Shown: piece by piece, positions 18,869 through 27,959 of the stretch
How positions within the stretch are numbered: position 1 is the first letter of the stretch
Layout: each line of letters begins with the position of its first letter
DNA from: an uncultured Gammaproteobacteria bacterium
Lineage (GTDB): Bacteria; Patescibacteriota; Patescibacteriia; Magasanikbacterales; GWA2-37-8
DNA: 64,000 nucleotides
Assembly (NCBI GenBank): GCA_964510885.1
Contig: CAZEDL010000001.1
Coordinates: 684 to 64,683, forward strand
Direction of reading: 5' to 3'
Made by a program: the position numbers and the translations under genes
The notes under the pieces: model-generated
The model's input: the letters and a program-made list of their open reading frames with translations, nothing else
The model's database searches: none
Told to the model about the DNA's origin: nothing

Positions 18869-19174
18869 TTAACTCATTCCCGGCAAGTTAAATCCGCCCA
18901 TGGATTGCATTTTGGTGGCGATAGTACGCTGCATTTTTTTGAGGGCATCCGAATAGGCATCTTTGAGACCGCTGATAAGTTTGTCTTTTTTATCTGGCGA
19001 CATCAGTTCGTCATCAATGGCGAGGCCGCTGACCTGGAGGTTACCATCCATGGTGAGAACGATTTTATCGCCGGCAGCTTTGACAGTGACGGTTTCGCCG
19101 GCCAAGAGATCCTGGAGTTTTTTGCCTTGATCACGGAGATCTTTGAATTCTTTGAGTTTGCTGAATACGGACAT
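18869..19174 (-). CDS. ybaB: nucleoid-associated protein YbaB/EbfC
   Basis: 101 aa, C-terminal MQSMGGFNLPGM, helical KKLQDL...; family topology. Confidence 0.8.
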   Translation of the reverse strand: MSVFSKLKEFKDLRDQGKKLQDLLAGETVTVKAAGDKIVLTMDGNLQVSGLAIDDELMSPDKKDKLISGLKDAYSDALKKMQRTIATKMQSMGGFNLPGMS

Positions 19175-19208
19175 ACAGTTACAATTAATAACTAGATTAG
19201 TAAATTAT

Positions 19209-20669
19209 TTAAAATTCTGGTTGCGGCGCCTTAGCAAAGGCTGATTTTGGTTTTAATTGGACTGGTCCAGAGGCTGCGGCCGGAGTATTTGGGGCAACAT
19301 AATTTGTTTCTAGGTTACGGAACGAGGCTTGGGCATCGTTGAAGGCGAGCTTTACTACGCCGGTTGGGCCGTTGCGGTGTTTGGCGATATGGATTTCCGC
19401 CAGATTACGCTCGTCGGGCGGAATATCTTCGAGACGGTAGTTGCGATCAGCGGCTTTGCGATAAATGAACAGTACCACGTCGGCATCTTGTTCGATAGAC
19501 CCAGATTCACGTAGGTGGGAGAGCTTGGGGATAGCGGGCTTACTTTGTTCTACCACACGCGACAGCTGTGACAGGGCGATCACCGGGATATTTAGTTCGC
19601 GCGCGATACCCTTTAGACCACGGGTGATTTCGGCAATTTCTTGGGTACGATTGTCGCTTTCGCCGTGCGATTCCATGAGCTGCAAGTAGTCGATCACAAT
19701 GAGGCCAAGGCCATGTTCGGCTTGCAGGCGGCGGGCTTTGGTGCGAATCTGCATGATGTTAACGTTCGGAGAATCATCAAGGAAAATCGGGGCTTCAGAG
19801 AGGGTGCCAATGGCGTGGCCAATGCGCGGGAAATCATCATCTTCGGGGCGATCGGACAGGCGGCCAGTGCGCATTTTCCACAGGTCAATATTGGCTTCGG
19901 AGCAGAGGAGGCGATCAACCATTTGTTCTTTGCTCATTTCAAGCGAAAATAATCCGACAGGAACTTTTTGGCGGGTGGCAACATGGCGGATAATATCGAG
20001 TACGAAGGATGATTTACCGACACTAGGGCGTGCGGCGATGATGAGTAAGTCGGATCTCTGTAAGCCGGCCAGCATGTTATCCATTTCCCGGAAGCCAGTA
20101 GGGATGCCGCGCATCTGGCCTTTGTTACGGTGCAGTTCGTCAATGCGATCAAAGGCGTCGGCTAATACGCCACGGATAGGCGTAAACCCTTGTTTAAAAT
20201 AGATCTGTGATACCCCAAATAGATGTCGCTGGGCTTCATCGAGCAGTGCTTCGATATCTTCCATTTCTTCTTGGTAGGACAGGCGGCTAATTTCGTGAGA
20301 GGCTGAAAGTAGTCGGCGACGAGTAGCTTTGCGGTGCACGATATGAGCGTAGTGGACGATGTTGCTGGCGGTAGGAACCGAGTTGGTAAGGGTGGCTAAA
20401 TAACTGCGACCACCGATCCCGTCAAGCAGATTTTTTTCTTCGAGCCGGTTACTGAGCGTGAGCAAGTCGAGCGGCTCGCTTTTTTCATACAGTTCACAAA
20501 TCGCTTCGTAGATGGTGGCGTGGGCATCTTTATAAAAATCATCGGGATTCACAATATCCGCGATTTTTAACATCGCTTCCGGGTCAATCAAAATAGAACC
20601 GAGGAGTGACATTTCGGCTTCCAGGCTTTGGGGTGGAATTTTGTCGATAGTATCAAGTGATGGCGGCAT
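19209..20669 (-). CDS. dnaB: replicative DNA helicase DnaB
   Basis: N-terminal PPQSLEAEMSLLGSILIDPEA, Walker A ARPSVGKSSF, LFSLEMS, helicase motifs; 486 aa, no intein. Confidence 0.9.
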   Translation of the reverse strand: MPPSLDTIDKIPPQSLEAEMSLLGSILIDPEAMLKIADIVNPDDFYKDAHATIYEAICELYEKSEPLDLLTLSNRLEEKNLLDGIGGRSYLATLTNSVPTASNIVHYAHIVHRKATRRRLLSASHEISRLSYQEEMEDIEALLDEAQRHLFGVSQIYFKQGFTPIRGVLADAFDRIDELHRNKGQMRGIPTGFREMDNMLAGLQRSDLLIIAARPSVGKSSFVLDIIRHVATRQKVPVGLFSLEMSKEQMVDRLLCSEANIDLWKMRTGRLSDRPEDDDFPRIGHAIGTLSEAPIFLDDSPNVNIMQIRTKARRLQAEHGLGLIVIDYLQLMESHGESDNRTQEIAEITRGLKGIARELNIPVIALSQLSRVVEQSKPAIPKLSHLRESGSIEQDADVVLFIYRKAADRNYRLEDIPPDERNLAEIHIAKHRNGPTGVVKLAFNDAQASFRNLETNYVAPNTPAAASGPVQLKPKSAFAKAPQPEF

Positions 20670-20844
20670 ATTAGCCTTAATTTGGAGTTCGAGTATAGTA
20701 GCCTAGGATTATCGATTCTACAAGTTCAGGTGTGGAGAAGTTGTGTGCAACTAAAAAATGGTGCTTTTTCTTGTTATTTTAAGGCGCAAGGAGTATTCTT
20801 ATATGTAGCATGGTGCACTATTACTATAAGCAGGTTGGCCATTT

Positions 20845-23055
20845 ATGAAGCGTTTACAATGGCTTGAGTTAGGGCTGTATGGATTGATAGCGGGCGGAAT
20901 TTTTTTTGATTTACAATTGCTAAAAATGATGTGGCTTGGGGTGATGCTTGGCATCATTTTTTTAATTTGCGCCGCCAAATCACTCCAGCCAGTACTCGTG
21001 CAGCGGTTTGGCATTAGCCCTGGGCTGCCATCGTTTATTATTGGTGGTTTTTTAGCTCTGTCATTGATTGGATCATTAGCCGGTGTACTAATTGTTTTTG
21101 GACGTTTAACTAGCTTTGGTATCGCAGTGGTTTTTTTAATGGCCGGTTGTCTTTTTACCCTCTTATCAGCGGGATTAACGTTTGTCCTGTCTGAAGAAAA
21201 ATATACTGAGGCCAAGGTAGTAGTTAAAATTAAATTAACTACGGCCACCATTATTTTAATTACCAGCTATATCTTGTTGGTCGTTGCCAGTTTCGCCACT
21301 CTTGTTATGTCTAATCGCACCTTTGCGGTTGTCACCCCGTGGCATAGTATTGAATATTGGTATATTGGATTATTTTTTGCCGCGACGCTGCTTCTCGGGA
21401 TTCTTTTATATTATAAAGTTGTCGGCACGCTCGCACTTGGTTTGTTAATGCTTCATGGCCTATTGTGGCATAGTTTTTTACCACTTACGCATCCGTTGAT
21501 TTATGGGGCAGATGGATGGCGTCATATTGGCAATGACGCGGTGATTGTGGCTGAGCAGCCGGTCAAAAAAGCGGTGTTAAGCGGCGGCGAATTATCGCTG
21601 GTGCAAAAAATAGACCCTGGGACTTTTTCGTATAGCCAACTATGGGCAATTATTGCAATTATTAATCGGTTATCTGGAATATCGCTTATAGCGTTGTATG
21701 CCTGGTTCATGCCAATTGTATCGGCACTGCTATTCCCATTATTATTTAACGAGCTGGGCAGGCGATTAGGACTAGCCGAACGTACCCGACTATTAGCACA
21801 ATGGCTAGCTTTTCTGCCCTTTGCCCTGTCTAGCGCCGGAGCGTTTACGCTGCCGGTGAATTATGGGCTATTAGTATTTTTATTTGGAATGGTACTCTTG
21901 GCGGAGCGGTCCCGACGTCCGACCCGTTGGCAAGTGCCGGTGCTAATAGGTTGGGGAGTGCTTGCGGTGTTTGGGTATACTCTATATCTGGTTTTGTTTT
22001 GGTTGGCCTGGGCAGTGTTAGAAGTAATTCGACGAATCGTCGACAAGCAGCGTTTTAAACAGACACAGATTCTGGGAATGGTTGCTGTCTTTGGGTTATG
22101 CATTCCAATGTTCGAACTGCTTGCGCGTTATAGTACTTTTCAATCTTTAAAACAAAGTCTGGCTGGATTAAAGCAGCTGCTCGGTAATTTTTTGGCGCTT
22201 TATTTGGCGAACGGCCCGCGGCCGCATGATATTGCAACTGGCAATATTCTGTTTAACCAGGTGCCGAGCTATGCCTTTGTGGCAACCATATTCACCGTGT
22301 CGCGCTGGTGGCTGGTGGCTGTGGCGCTGGCGTGGTTTATTCTAATGGTTATTGGCTGGCGGTATTTAGTAAAAAAATCTGAGTTAGCGGGAGTATGGTT
22401 TGCTGGATTATCGGCCACCTTGGTAGTTAGCTATGGTATTGGGAGATATTTACTCGCCGGGGAGCAGGTGTTAAGCCGGCGGCTTGAAGCGGTTATTGCT
22501 ATCTGTTTTGTTGTCCTTGCGGCGTTTGGTTGGCAGGAGGTGCGCCAGGTGTGGAAGTGGCGGCAGGTTGCTACGGTGGTGCCCTGGTTGTTTTTGGTGG
22601 TGATGAGCGCGGCAATTACAGCGTCTTATACGCTTGGTCCGGATACACAGAGCATTAGCGTTCAGGAATACCGGGCTATGGAGTATGTATGGCAACAGGA
22701 GAAGGGGAAGCCCGATCATTGTATTATTGCAGATACCTATCCGCTTTTGGCGCTAGAAGCATTGTCCGCTCGGGAGATTATTGGGGGTGGATTTCCGATT
22801 GATCAGTATTTTGGTCAGCCGGAATTGATTAGGGCTTATACGCAGTTAACTGACCACCCTGATTTAGGGTGGCCGAAGAAGGTGTGGCAGGCGACGGGGG
22901 CGGAGTCTTGTTTTGTAGTAGTATCACAGCCGACTGATGATTTGATACAGTGGTTTAATACTCAGGGGATTGGTTTTGTTATGTTTGTTTATGACAAACT
23001 AAACAACATGACAGCTGTGTGGGAAATTGATAAGAATAATGCCAAGGATTTTTAA
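20845..23055 (+). CDS. large polytopic membrane protein (about 14-16 TM plus C-terminal soluble domain), possible GT-C-type glycosyltransferase
   Basis: Hydropathy and a C-terminal hydrophilic domain; family not recognised. Confidence 0.55.
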   Translation: MKRLQWLELGLYGLIAGGIFFDLQLLKMMWLGVMLGIIFLICAAKSLQPVLVQRFGISPGLPSFIIGGFLALSLIGSLAGVLIVFGRLTSFGIAVVFLMAGCLFTLLSAGLTFVLSEEKYTEAKVVVKIKLTTATIILITSYILLVVASFATLVMSNRTFAVVTPWHSIEYWYIGLFFAATLLLGILLYYKVVGTLALGLLMLHGLLWHSFLPLTHPLIYGADGWRHIGNDAVIVAEQPVKKAVLSGGELSLVQKIDPGTFSYSQLWAIIAIINRLSGISLIALYAWFMPIVSALLFPLLFNELGRRLGLAERTRLLAQWLAFLPFALSSAGAFTLPVNYGLLVFLFGMVLLAERSRRPTRWQVPVLIGWGVLAVFGYTLYLVLFWLAWAVLEVIRRIVDKQRFKQTQILGMVAVFGLCIPMFELLARYSTFQSLKQSLAGLKQLLGNFLALYLANGPRPHDIATGNILFNQVPSYAFVATIFTVSRWWLVAVALAWFILMVIGWRYLVKKSELAGVWFAGLSATLVVSYGIGRYLLAGEQVLSRRLEAVIAICFVVLAAFGWQEVRQVWKWRQVATVVPWLFLVVMSAAITASYTLGPDTQSISVQEYRAMEYVWQQEKGKPDHCIIADTYPLLALEALSAREIIGGGFPIDQYFGQPELIRAYTQLTDHPDLGWPKKVWQATGAESCFVVVSQPTDDLIQWFNTQGIGFVMFVYDKLNNMTAVWEIDKNNAKDF

Positions 23056-23069
23056 CGATTTATCTATAT

Positions 23070-23471
23070 ATGGATTGTATTTTTTGTAAAATTATAAAAA
23101 AAGAGATGCCGAATTTTACGGTGTATGAAGACGATAACGTTTTAGCGTTTCTAGATATTTTTCCCTGTAGTAAGGGGCATACCGTGGTGATCCCGAAGCG
23201 GCATTATGCTACGATATGGGAGATGGATGCCGAAGCGTGGCAGAGGGTGATGGCGGGGCTACGCGCAGCGGCTGAAAAAGTTCAAACTCGTCTTAAGCCA
23301 GCTGGCATGAATATTGGCATAAATAATGGGCCGGTAGCCGGGCAGGCGGTGCCGCATGTGCATTGGCATATTATCCCGCGCTATGAGGGGGATGGGGGAG
23401 GGTCGATGCATTCGATTGTAAAACAGGCGGGCGACATGACGCCAAAAGAAGTGGCGGGGCTTTTTAACTAA
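23070..23471 (+). CDS. HIT family (histidine triad) hydrolase
   Basis: CIFCKI N-terminus, HVHWHIIPR histidine triad. Confidence 0.85.
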   Translation: MDCIFCKIIKKEMPNFTVYEDDNVLAFLDIFPCSKGHTVVIPKRHYATIWEMDAEAWQRVMAGLRAAAEKVQTRLKPAGMNIGINNGPVAGQAVPHVHWHIIPRYEGDGGGSMHSIVKQAGDMTPKEVAGLFN

Positions 23472-23476
23472 TTTTT

Positions 23477-24019
23477 ATGAAACGTCGATTTTTTCTGTAT
23501 GGAGTGTTGTTTCTGCTGATGATAGCAGGCAGAATTTTTGTGGCCTCTGAAACGAATGTTTTGTCAGCATCTTCGCCCGCTCAAACAGCAGTAGTGGGGC
23601 AACCCAAGAAGGCGGTGGCACAGCCGGGTTTATTCGTAGTTAAACGAGCCATTGATGGAGATACGATAAAGCTCACGACGGGAGAAACGGTGCGCTATAT
23701 CGGAGTAGATACGCCAGAGAGTGTGCATCCGACCAAGAAAGTCCAGTGTTTTGGCAAGGAAGCTGCGGCTTATAATAAGGAGCTGGTGGTCGGGCGTAAA
23801 GTGCGATTACAGAAAGATGTATCAAATACTGATCGTTATGGCCGATTGCTCCGGTATGTGTATTTGAGTGATGGCACGTTTGTTAATTTGAAATTAGTGC
23901 AAGAAGGGTATGCGCAGGCGGCCACGTTTCCGCCCGATGTGAAATATAGTAAAAAATTTGTAGAGGCTGCTGGGGTGGCGCGAGAGGGGAAGCTTGGATT
24001 GTGGGGGAAGTGTCGGTAA
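23477..24019 (+). CDS. secreted thermonuclease (staphylococcal nuclease/SNase fold)
   Basis: Signal/TM segment, then IDGDTIKL..VRYIGVDTPE..., RYGRLLRYVY, KLVQEGYA motifs of the SNase family. Confidence 0.8.
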   Translation: MKRRFFLYGVLFLLMIAGRIFVASETNVLSASSPAQTAVVGQPKKAVAQPGLFVVKRAIDGDTIKLTTGETVRYIGVDTPESVHPTKKVQCFGKEAAAYNKELVVGRKVRLQKDVSNTDRYGRLLRYVYLSDGTFVNLKLVQEGYAQAATFPPDVKYSKKFVEAAGVAREGKLGLWGKCR

Positions 24020-24020
24020 C

Positions 24021-24118
24021 AATTATCAATTTATAATTTTCAATTTTTAATCAATTTTCAATGTTTCAATTTATCAATATTTTTTTGAAAATTGAGAATT
24101 GAGAATTGTAAATTTCAA
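24021..24118. promoter_or_regulatory. array of at least 7 TCAAT(T/A)T heptamers in both orientations (putative operator/iteron-like region)
   Basis: caattatcaatttataattttcaatttttaatcaattttcaatgtttcaatttatcaat...gaaaattgagaattgagaattg; direct and inverted copies at roughly 10-12 bp spacing. Confidence 0.4.
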
Positions 24119-24121
24119 TCT

Positions 24122-24829
24122 ATGTCTACTCTTGTTTTTGATATCGAAACTGTGGGAGAAGATTATAATCTGCTTGATGAGACTACTCAGCATATGTTGA
24201 CGCGTTGGCTTGATAAGACGTCAAAAAATGACGAGGAGTATGAAACGGGTTTAGAAGATATTAAAAATGGCCTGGGATTTTCGCCGCTGACCGGGCAGAT
24301 TGTGGCGATTGGGGTGTATGATCTCGAGCGGGCACGAGGAGCGGTGTATTATCAGGATCCGGGTAAAACGACCGCTGAGTTTGAAGAAGAGGGCATTTCG
24401 TTCAAGCTCCGCTCAGAAAAAGAGATGCTCGAGCAGTTTTGGCAGGCGGCCCTAAAATATGATGATTTTGTATCGTTCAATGGCCGTGGGTTTGATGCGC
24501 CGTATCTGATGATTCGATCCGCTATTCATAAAATTCGTCCGACTAAAAATTTGTTATCGAATCGGTATTTGGGGTTGCAACGGGGCTGTCGGCATATTGA
24601 TTTGTGCGATCAGCTGAGTTTTTATGGGGCGATGTTCAAGCGCAGTAGCCTGCATTTGGCGTGCCGGGCATTTAATATTGTGAGTCCGAAATCGGGTGGC
24701 GTGACGGGTGATGATGTGGCTGGTCTTTTTAAGGAGGGGCGGGGATTGGATATTGCTAAATATAATGTGGGAGATTTGATTGCGACCGGAGAGTTGTATA
24801 AATATTGGCGAGATTATTTGAATGTGTGA
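24122..24829 (+). CDS. RNase H-like 3'-5' exonuclease domain protein (PolB-exonuclease-like, YprB/RNase_H_2-type)
   Basis: LVFDIETVG (Exo I DxE), FNGRGFDAPYL (Exo II), YNVGDLIATGELY (Exo III Y-x3-D); start moved to MSTLVFDIET at 24122. Confidence 0.65.
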   Translation: MSTLVFDIETVGEDYNLLDETTQHMLTRWLDKTSKNDEEYETGLEDIKNGLGFSPLTGQIVAIGVYDLERARGAVYYQDPGKTTAEFEEEGISFKLRSEKEMLEQFWQAALKYDDFVSFNGRGFDAPYLMIRSAIHKIRPTKNLLSNRYLGLQRGCRHIDLCDQLSFYGAMFKRSSLHLACRAFNIVSPKSGGVTGDDVAGLFKEGRGLDIAKYNVGDLIATGELYKYWRDYLNV

Positions 24830-24870
24830 GATGAGGAATAAAGAATTACGAATTAAGAATATCGAATGAA

Positions 24871-24908
24871 ATAAAATAATCCCGACTAAATCGGGATTAT
24901 TTTATTTC
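24871..24908. terminator. bidirectional rho-independent terminator
   Basis: ataaaataatcccga-ctaaa-tcgggattattttatttcat. Confidence 0.65.
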
Positions 24909-25047
24909 ATCATTATTTCTTATATTCCAAGAAAGAATAATGGGTTGGGTGGGACGAGGTGGGTGGGGTACGGTCGTCCCGGCCGTGTTGGCTCACTTCC
25001 TTTCCTTGTTGCGCCTGCCTATGGCACGGCCAACAGGATTGCGCTGC

Positions 25048-25557
25048 TTAGTCGCAGCGCCACAAGAACGCTCCGGAGAGCATGCTCTCGCGGAACTGGA
25101 TGCAGCCGCCCGGGAAGCTGGCGATGCAGCGAGGCCCGCTGGTTTGGGGGAAGCAGTTGTGCTCTCGGTGGTACTGGTCGGTGAACCGTAGCACCGTTTT
25201 GGGCTCTGCTGCACCCGGCATACAGCAGTTCAGGTCGTGCTGTATGAGCTTGCCAGTCCAGCGCAATGGCGACTTTGGGTCGTTGGGGCAGTTGTAGCTG
25301 GCCAGCAATGTGTCGATATTCAGCGTGCTGTTACCATCCTCTGAGCTGACGAAGTCGAAGCAGGCATAGTACCGGAGGTTGCAGTCGGCATCCTCGGGAG
25401 GCGGGGGATTGGTTGGGGGCATCCGAGGGACACAGCTTGTAGCCATGTCCTCAGCCGCCGGTGGCTGCGATGCGTCACCTGGGTCGGGGTTTCCCGGGGG
25501 CGGCGTCGGCGCACATGAAAGTGCTAGCCCTACAATGAACGGTATGCTTCTTCGCAT
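25048..25557 (-). CDS. Cys-rich secreted lipoprotein encoded on a high-GC islet
   Basis: Strong SD (aggagg) 7 nt upstream; lipobox MRRSIPFIVGLALS-C; 10 Cys and Pro-rich linker in mature part; about 62% GC versus about 45% flanks. Confidence 0.6.
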   Translation of the reverse strand: MRRSIPFIVGLALSCAPTPPPGNPDPGDASQPPAAEDMATSCVPRMPPTNPPPPEDADCNLRYYACFDFVSSEDGNSTLNIDTLLASYNCPNDPKSPLRWTGKLIQHDLNCCMPGAAEPKTVLRFTDQYHREHNCFPQTSGPRCIASFPGGCIQFRESMLSGAFLWRCD

Positions 25558-25650
25558 GATTTGGTTCCTCCTAGAACCACGAAATTTTTATCATGGTTAA
25601 CTTAAAAATGCAAGATTGAATACTTTACTATATTAGGCTATACTATTGGT

Positions 25651-27897
25651 ATGAGTGAACAATCTTCTGATAAGCCAATCATGCTCGGAGGCGTGAAAGT
25701 TGATCCTGGTGTCAACTTTTTTGGGTTGACCAATTACCGTAATCAGAATCGCCGCTTTGGGATCAAGACTGATGACCGGCGCCGACATATGTATATTGTG
25801 GGCAAGACGGGGATGGGCAAGACCACCATTCTTGAGAACATGGTGCTGAATGACATTTATGGCGGGCATGGGGTGGGGCTGGTTGACCCGCATGGCGACT
25901 TTGCGGAAAAAATTATTGATTTTATTCCACCGCACCGCATTAATGATGTGGTGTATTTTAATCCGTCGGATATCGATTATCCGATCGGATTTAATATTTT
26001 GGAAACAATTAATCCCGAGCAGAAGCATTTGGTGGCGTCGGGCCTGATGGGGGTGTTCAAGAAGATTTGGCCGGATGTGTGGAGTGCCCGTATGGAATAT
26101 ATTTTGAATAATACTATTCTTGCGCTCTTAGATTTTCCGGGTACCACACTCCTTGGCATTAATCGCATGTTGGCTGATGAAGAGTATCGCAAGCGCGTGG
26201 TGGCCAACACTAAGGACCCGGTGATCAAGGCCTATTGGCAAACTGAATTTGCCAATTATACGGAAAAATTCCGTAGTGAAGCGGTGTCGCCTATTCAAAA
26301 TAAAATTGGGCAATTTTTATCGGCTTCGGTGATTCGTAATATTGTGGCGCAGGTCAAATCGCGGATTAATATCCGCGAAATCATGGATACGCAGAAAATT
26401 TTGATCATGAACTTGTCTAAGGGGCGCATTGGTGAAGATAATTCACGTCTGCTGGGCGGTATGCTTATTACCCGTATCCAGCTCGCGGCTATGGAACGGG
26501 TGGATATTCCAGAAAAAGACCGCAAAGATTTCTTTTTATACGTGGATGAGTTTCAAAATTTTGCTACCGAAAGTTTTGCTAATATTTTGTCGGAAGCGCG
26601 TAAATACCGGCTTGATTTGATCATGGCGCATCAGTATATGGAGCAGCTTGATGAGATGGTGCTGGCAGCGGTGATCGGTAATGTGGGCACGATGGTGACG
26701 TTCCGGGTAGGGTCGAGTGATGCCGAGATTTTGGCCAAAGAATTTTCACCCACGTTTGTAGAAGAAGATTTAGTGAATTTGCCAAAATATCATACGTATT
26801 TAAAATTGATGATCGACGGGGTGGCATCGCGGCCTTTCAGCGCTCTCACCTTGCCCCCGATTGGTAGTTCAACCGCCAGTACCGAAAAGGTGGTGCGGGT
26901 ATCGCGCGAACGCTATGCCGTGCCTAAAGATAAAATCGAAGATAAAATCGCGCGCTGGAGTGGTATGGTGGTGATGAGTGATGAAGAGGCGAGTATGATG
27001 GAGGTGGATGAAGATGAAGTGTCATTCAAAGAGCCGGCTAAAAAAGCACCCGAGCAAATGGCAGCCTCTCAGCCTAAGCCAGGGCTGGTATCTTTACAGC
27101 CCTCACCGCGCCCGCCTCAGGCCCCAGTTCAGCAGCCGCGGCAACCTGCAGCTTCTGCGCCCTCAAGTGCTCCGGCCTCCGGCTCTCCAGCAGGAGAACC
27201 TCGCCGGGTGCCAAGCACCAGTCAGCCACGATCGCCACAGGGTAATCAGCCTAGACCTGGCAACACTAATCAGAATATGCCCCGTCCAGCCGGCACTAAT
27301 CGTTCTGATCAGCGATCGGCTCAGAGTGCTCCTGCAGGACGACAGGGAGGGCCAGGTGGTCTGCCTGGTGGTCAAAATTCACAATCAGGAAATTCGGAAT
27401 CACGCAATCGCAATAAAAATAAAAAGAATCGCACATCTTCACCGCCTCCGCCGTCGGCTTCGATATTACTCGGCGATCCGGGTCAGAAGGGGATTTCGCT
27501 TACCAGCATGTTGCCAAAACAACCGGTAGCGGATGATGACGTGGTGCAGGAAAAAGAATTGATCGAAGCTCCGGCTCAGCCGGTGTCAGCTCCGCGTGTT
27601 GATCGGCAGCCGGAGCCAGGGTTTGCTTCGCCCCCGGCCCTTGATTTATCGGCGACTTCCGTTGTTTCAGTTCCTACGTCGCCCTCAGTAGCTGTGGATC
27701 CTGCGCCTATTCAGGTTTCTAAAGAAGTTGAAACTTCCCGTTCACAGCGGTCAGCGCAAACGTCTGCTCCTGAGACTACGAACAAGACTCAGGTGCCGGT
27801 ATCACTGCAATCATCGACTTCCTTAACTCAGGCCCCTGAGCCAACGGTATTAAAACCTGGAGCAGTAGTGACTTTTGATGATACTACTCTTGAATAG
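25651..27897 (+). CDS. soluble type IV coupling protein-like ATPase (VirD4/TraD/TrwB family) with about 340-aa C-terminal P/Q/S-rich disordered tail
   Basis: Walker A VGKTGMGKTT, downstream DPHGDF (T4CP DPKGE motif), Walker B FFLYVDEFQNF, AHQYMEQL motif; no N-terminal TM; aa about 410-748 low-complexity PQPRSPQGNQPRPG... Confidence 0.7.
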   Translation: MSEQSSDKPIMLGGVKVDPGVNFFGLTNYRNQNRRFGIKTDDRRRHMYIVGKTGMGKTTILENMVLNDIYGGHGVGLVDPHGDFAEKIIDFIPPHRINDVVYFNPSDIDYPIGFNILETINPEQKHLVASGLMGVFKKIWPDVWSARMEYILNNTILALLDFPGTTLLGINRMLADEEYRKRVVANTKDPVIKAYWQTEFANYTEKFRSEAVSPIQNKIGQFLSASVIRNIVAQVKSRINIREIMDTQKILIMNLSKGRIGEDNSRLLGGMLITRIQLAAMERVDIPEKDRKDFFLYVDEFQNFATESFANILSEARKYRLDLIMAHQYMEQLDEMVLAAVIGNVGTMVTFRVGSSDAEILAKEFSPTFVEEDLVNLPKYHTYLKLMIDGVASRPFSALTLPPIGSSTASTEKVVRVSRERYAVPKDKIEDKIARWSGMVVMSDEEASMMEVDEDEVSFKEPAKKAPEQMAASQPKPGLVSLQPSPRPPQAPVQQPRQPAASAPSSAPASGSPAGEPRRVPSTSQPRSPQGNQPRPGNTNQNMPRPAGTNRSDQRSAQSAPAGRQGGPGGLPGGQNSQSGNSESRNRNKNKKNRTSSPPPPSASILLGDPGQKGISLTSMLPKQPVADDDVVQEKELIEAPAQPVSAPRVDRQPEPGFASPPALDLSATSVVSVPTSPSVAVDPAPIQVSKEVETSRSQRSAQTSAPETTNKTQVPVSLQSSTSLTQAPEPTVLKPGAVVTFDDTTLE

Positions 27898-27959
27898 ATT
27901 ATTTTAAAACACTCCAGGGTAATATTCACCTCAAAACTCATCGTTTAATTCACCCGAAG

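Noticed and set aside
19641-20202. Several plus-strand ORFs (103, 167 and 74 aa) inside the dnaB region
   Set aside because: They are antisense to the well-supported DnaB coding sequence, so I treat them as ORF-finder artefacts.
24940-25600. Multiple plus-strand ORFs (83, 79, 71 and 73 aa) in the high-GC islet
   Set aside because: High-GC DNA is open in all frames. Only the minus-strand ORF has an SD plus a lipobox signal peptide, so the others are judged spurious.
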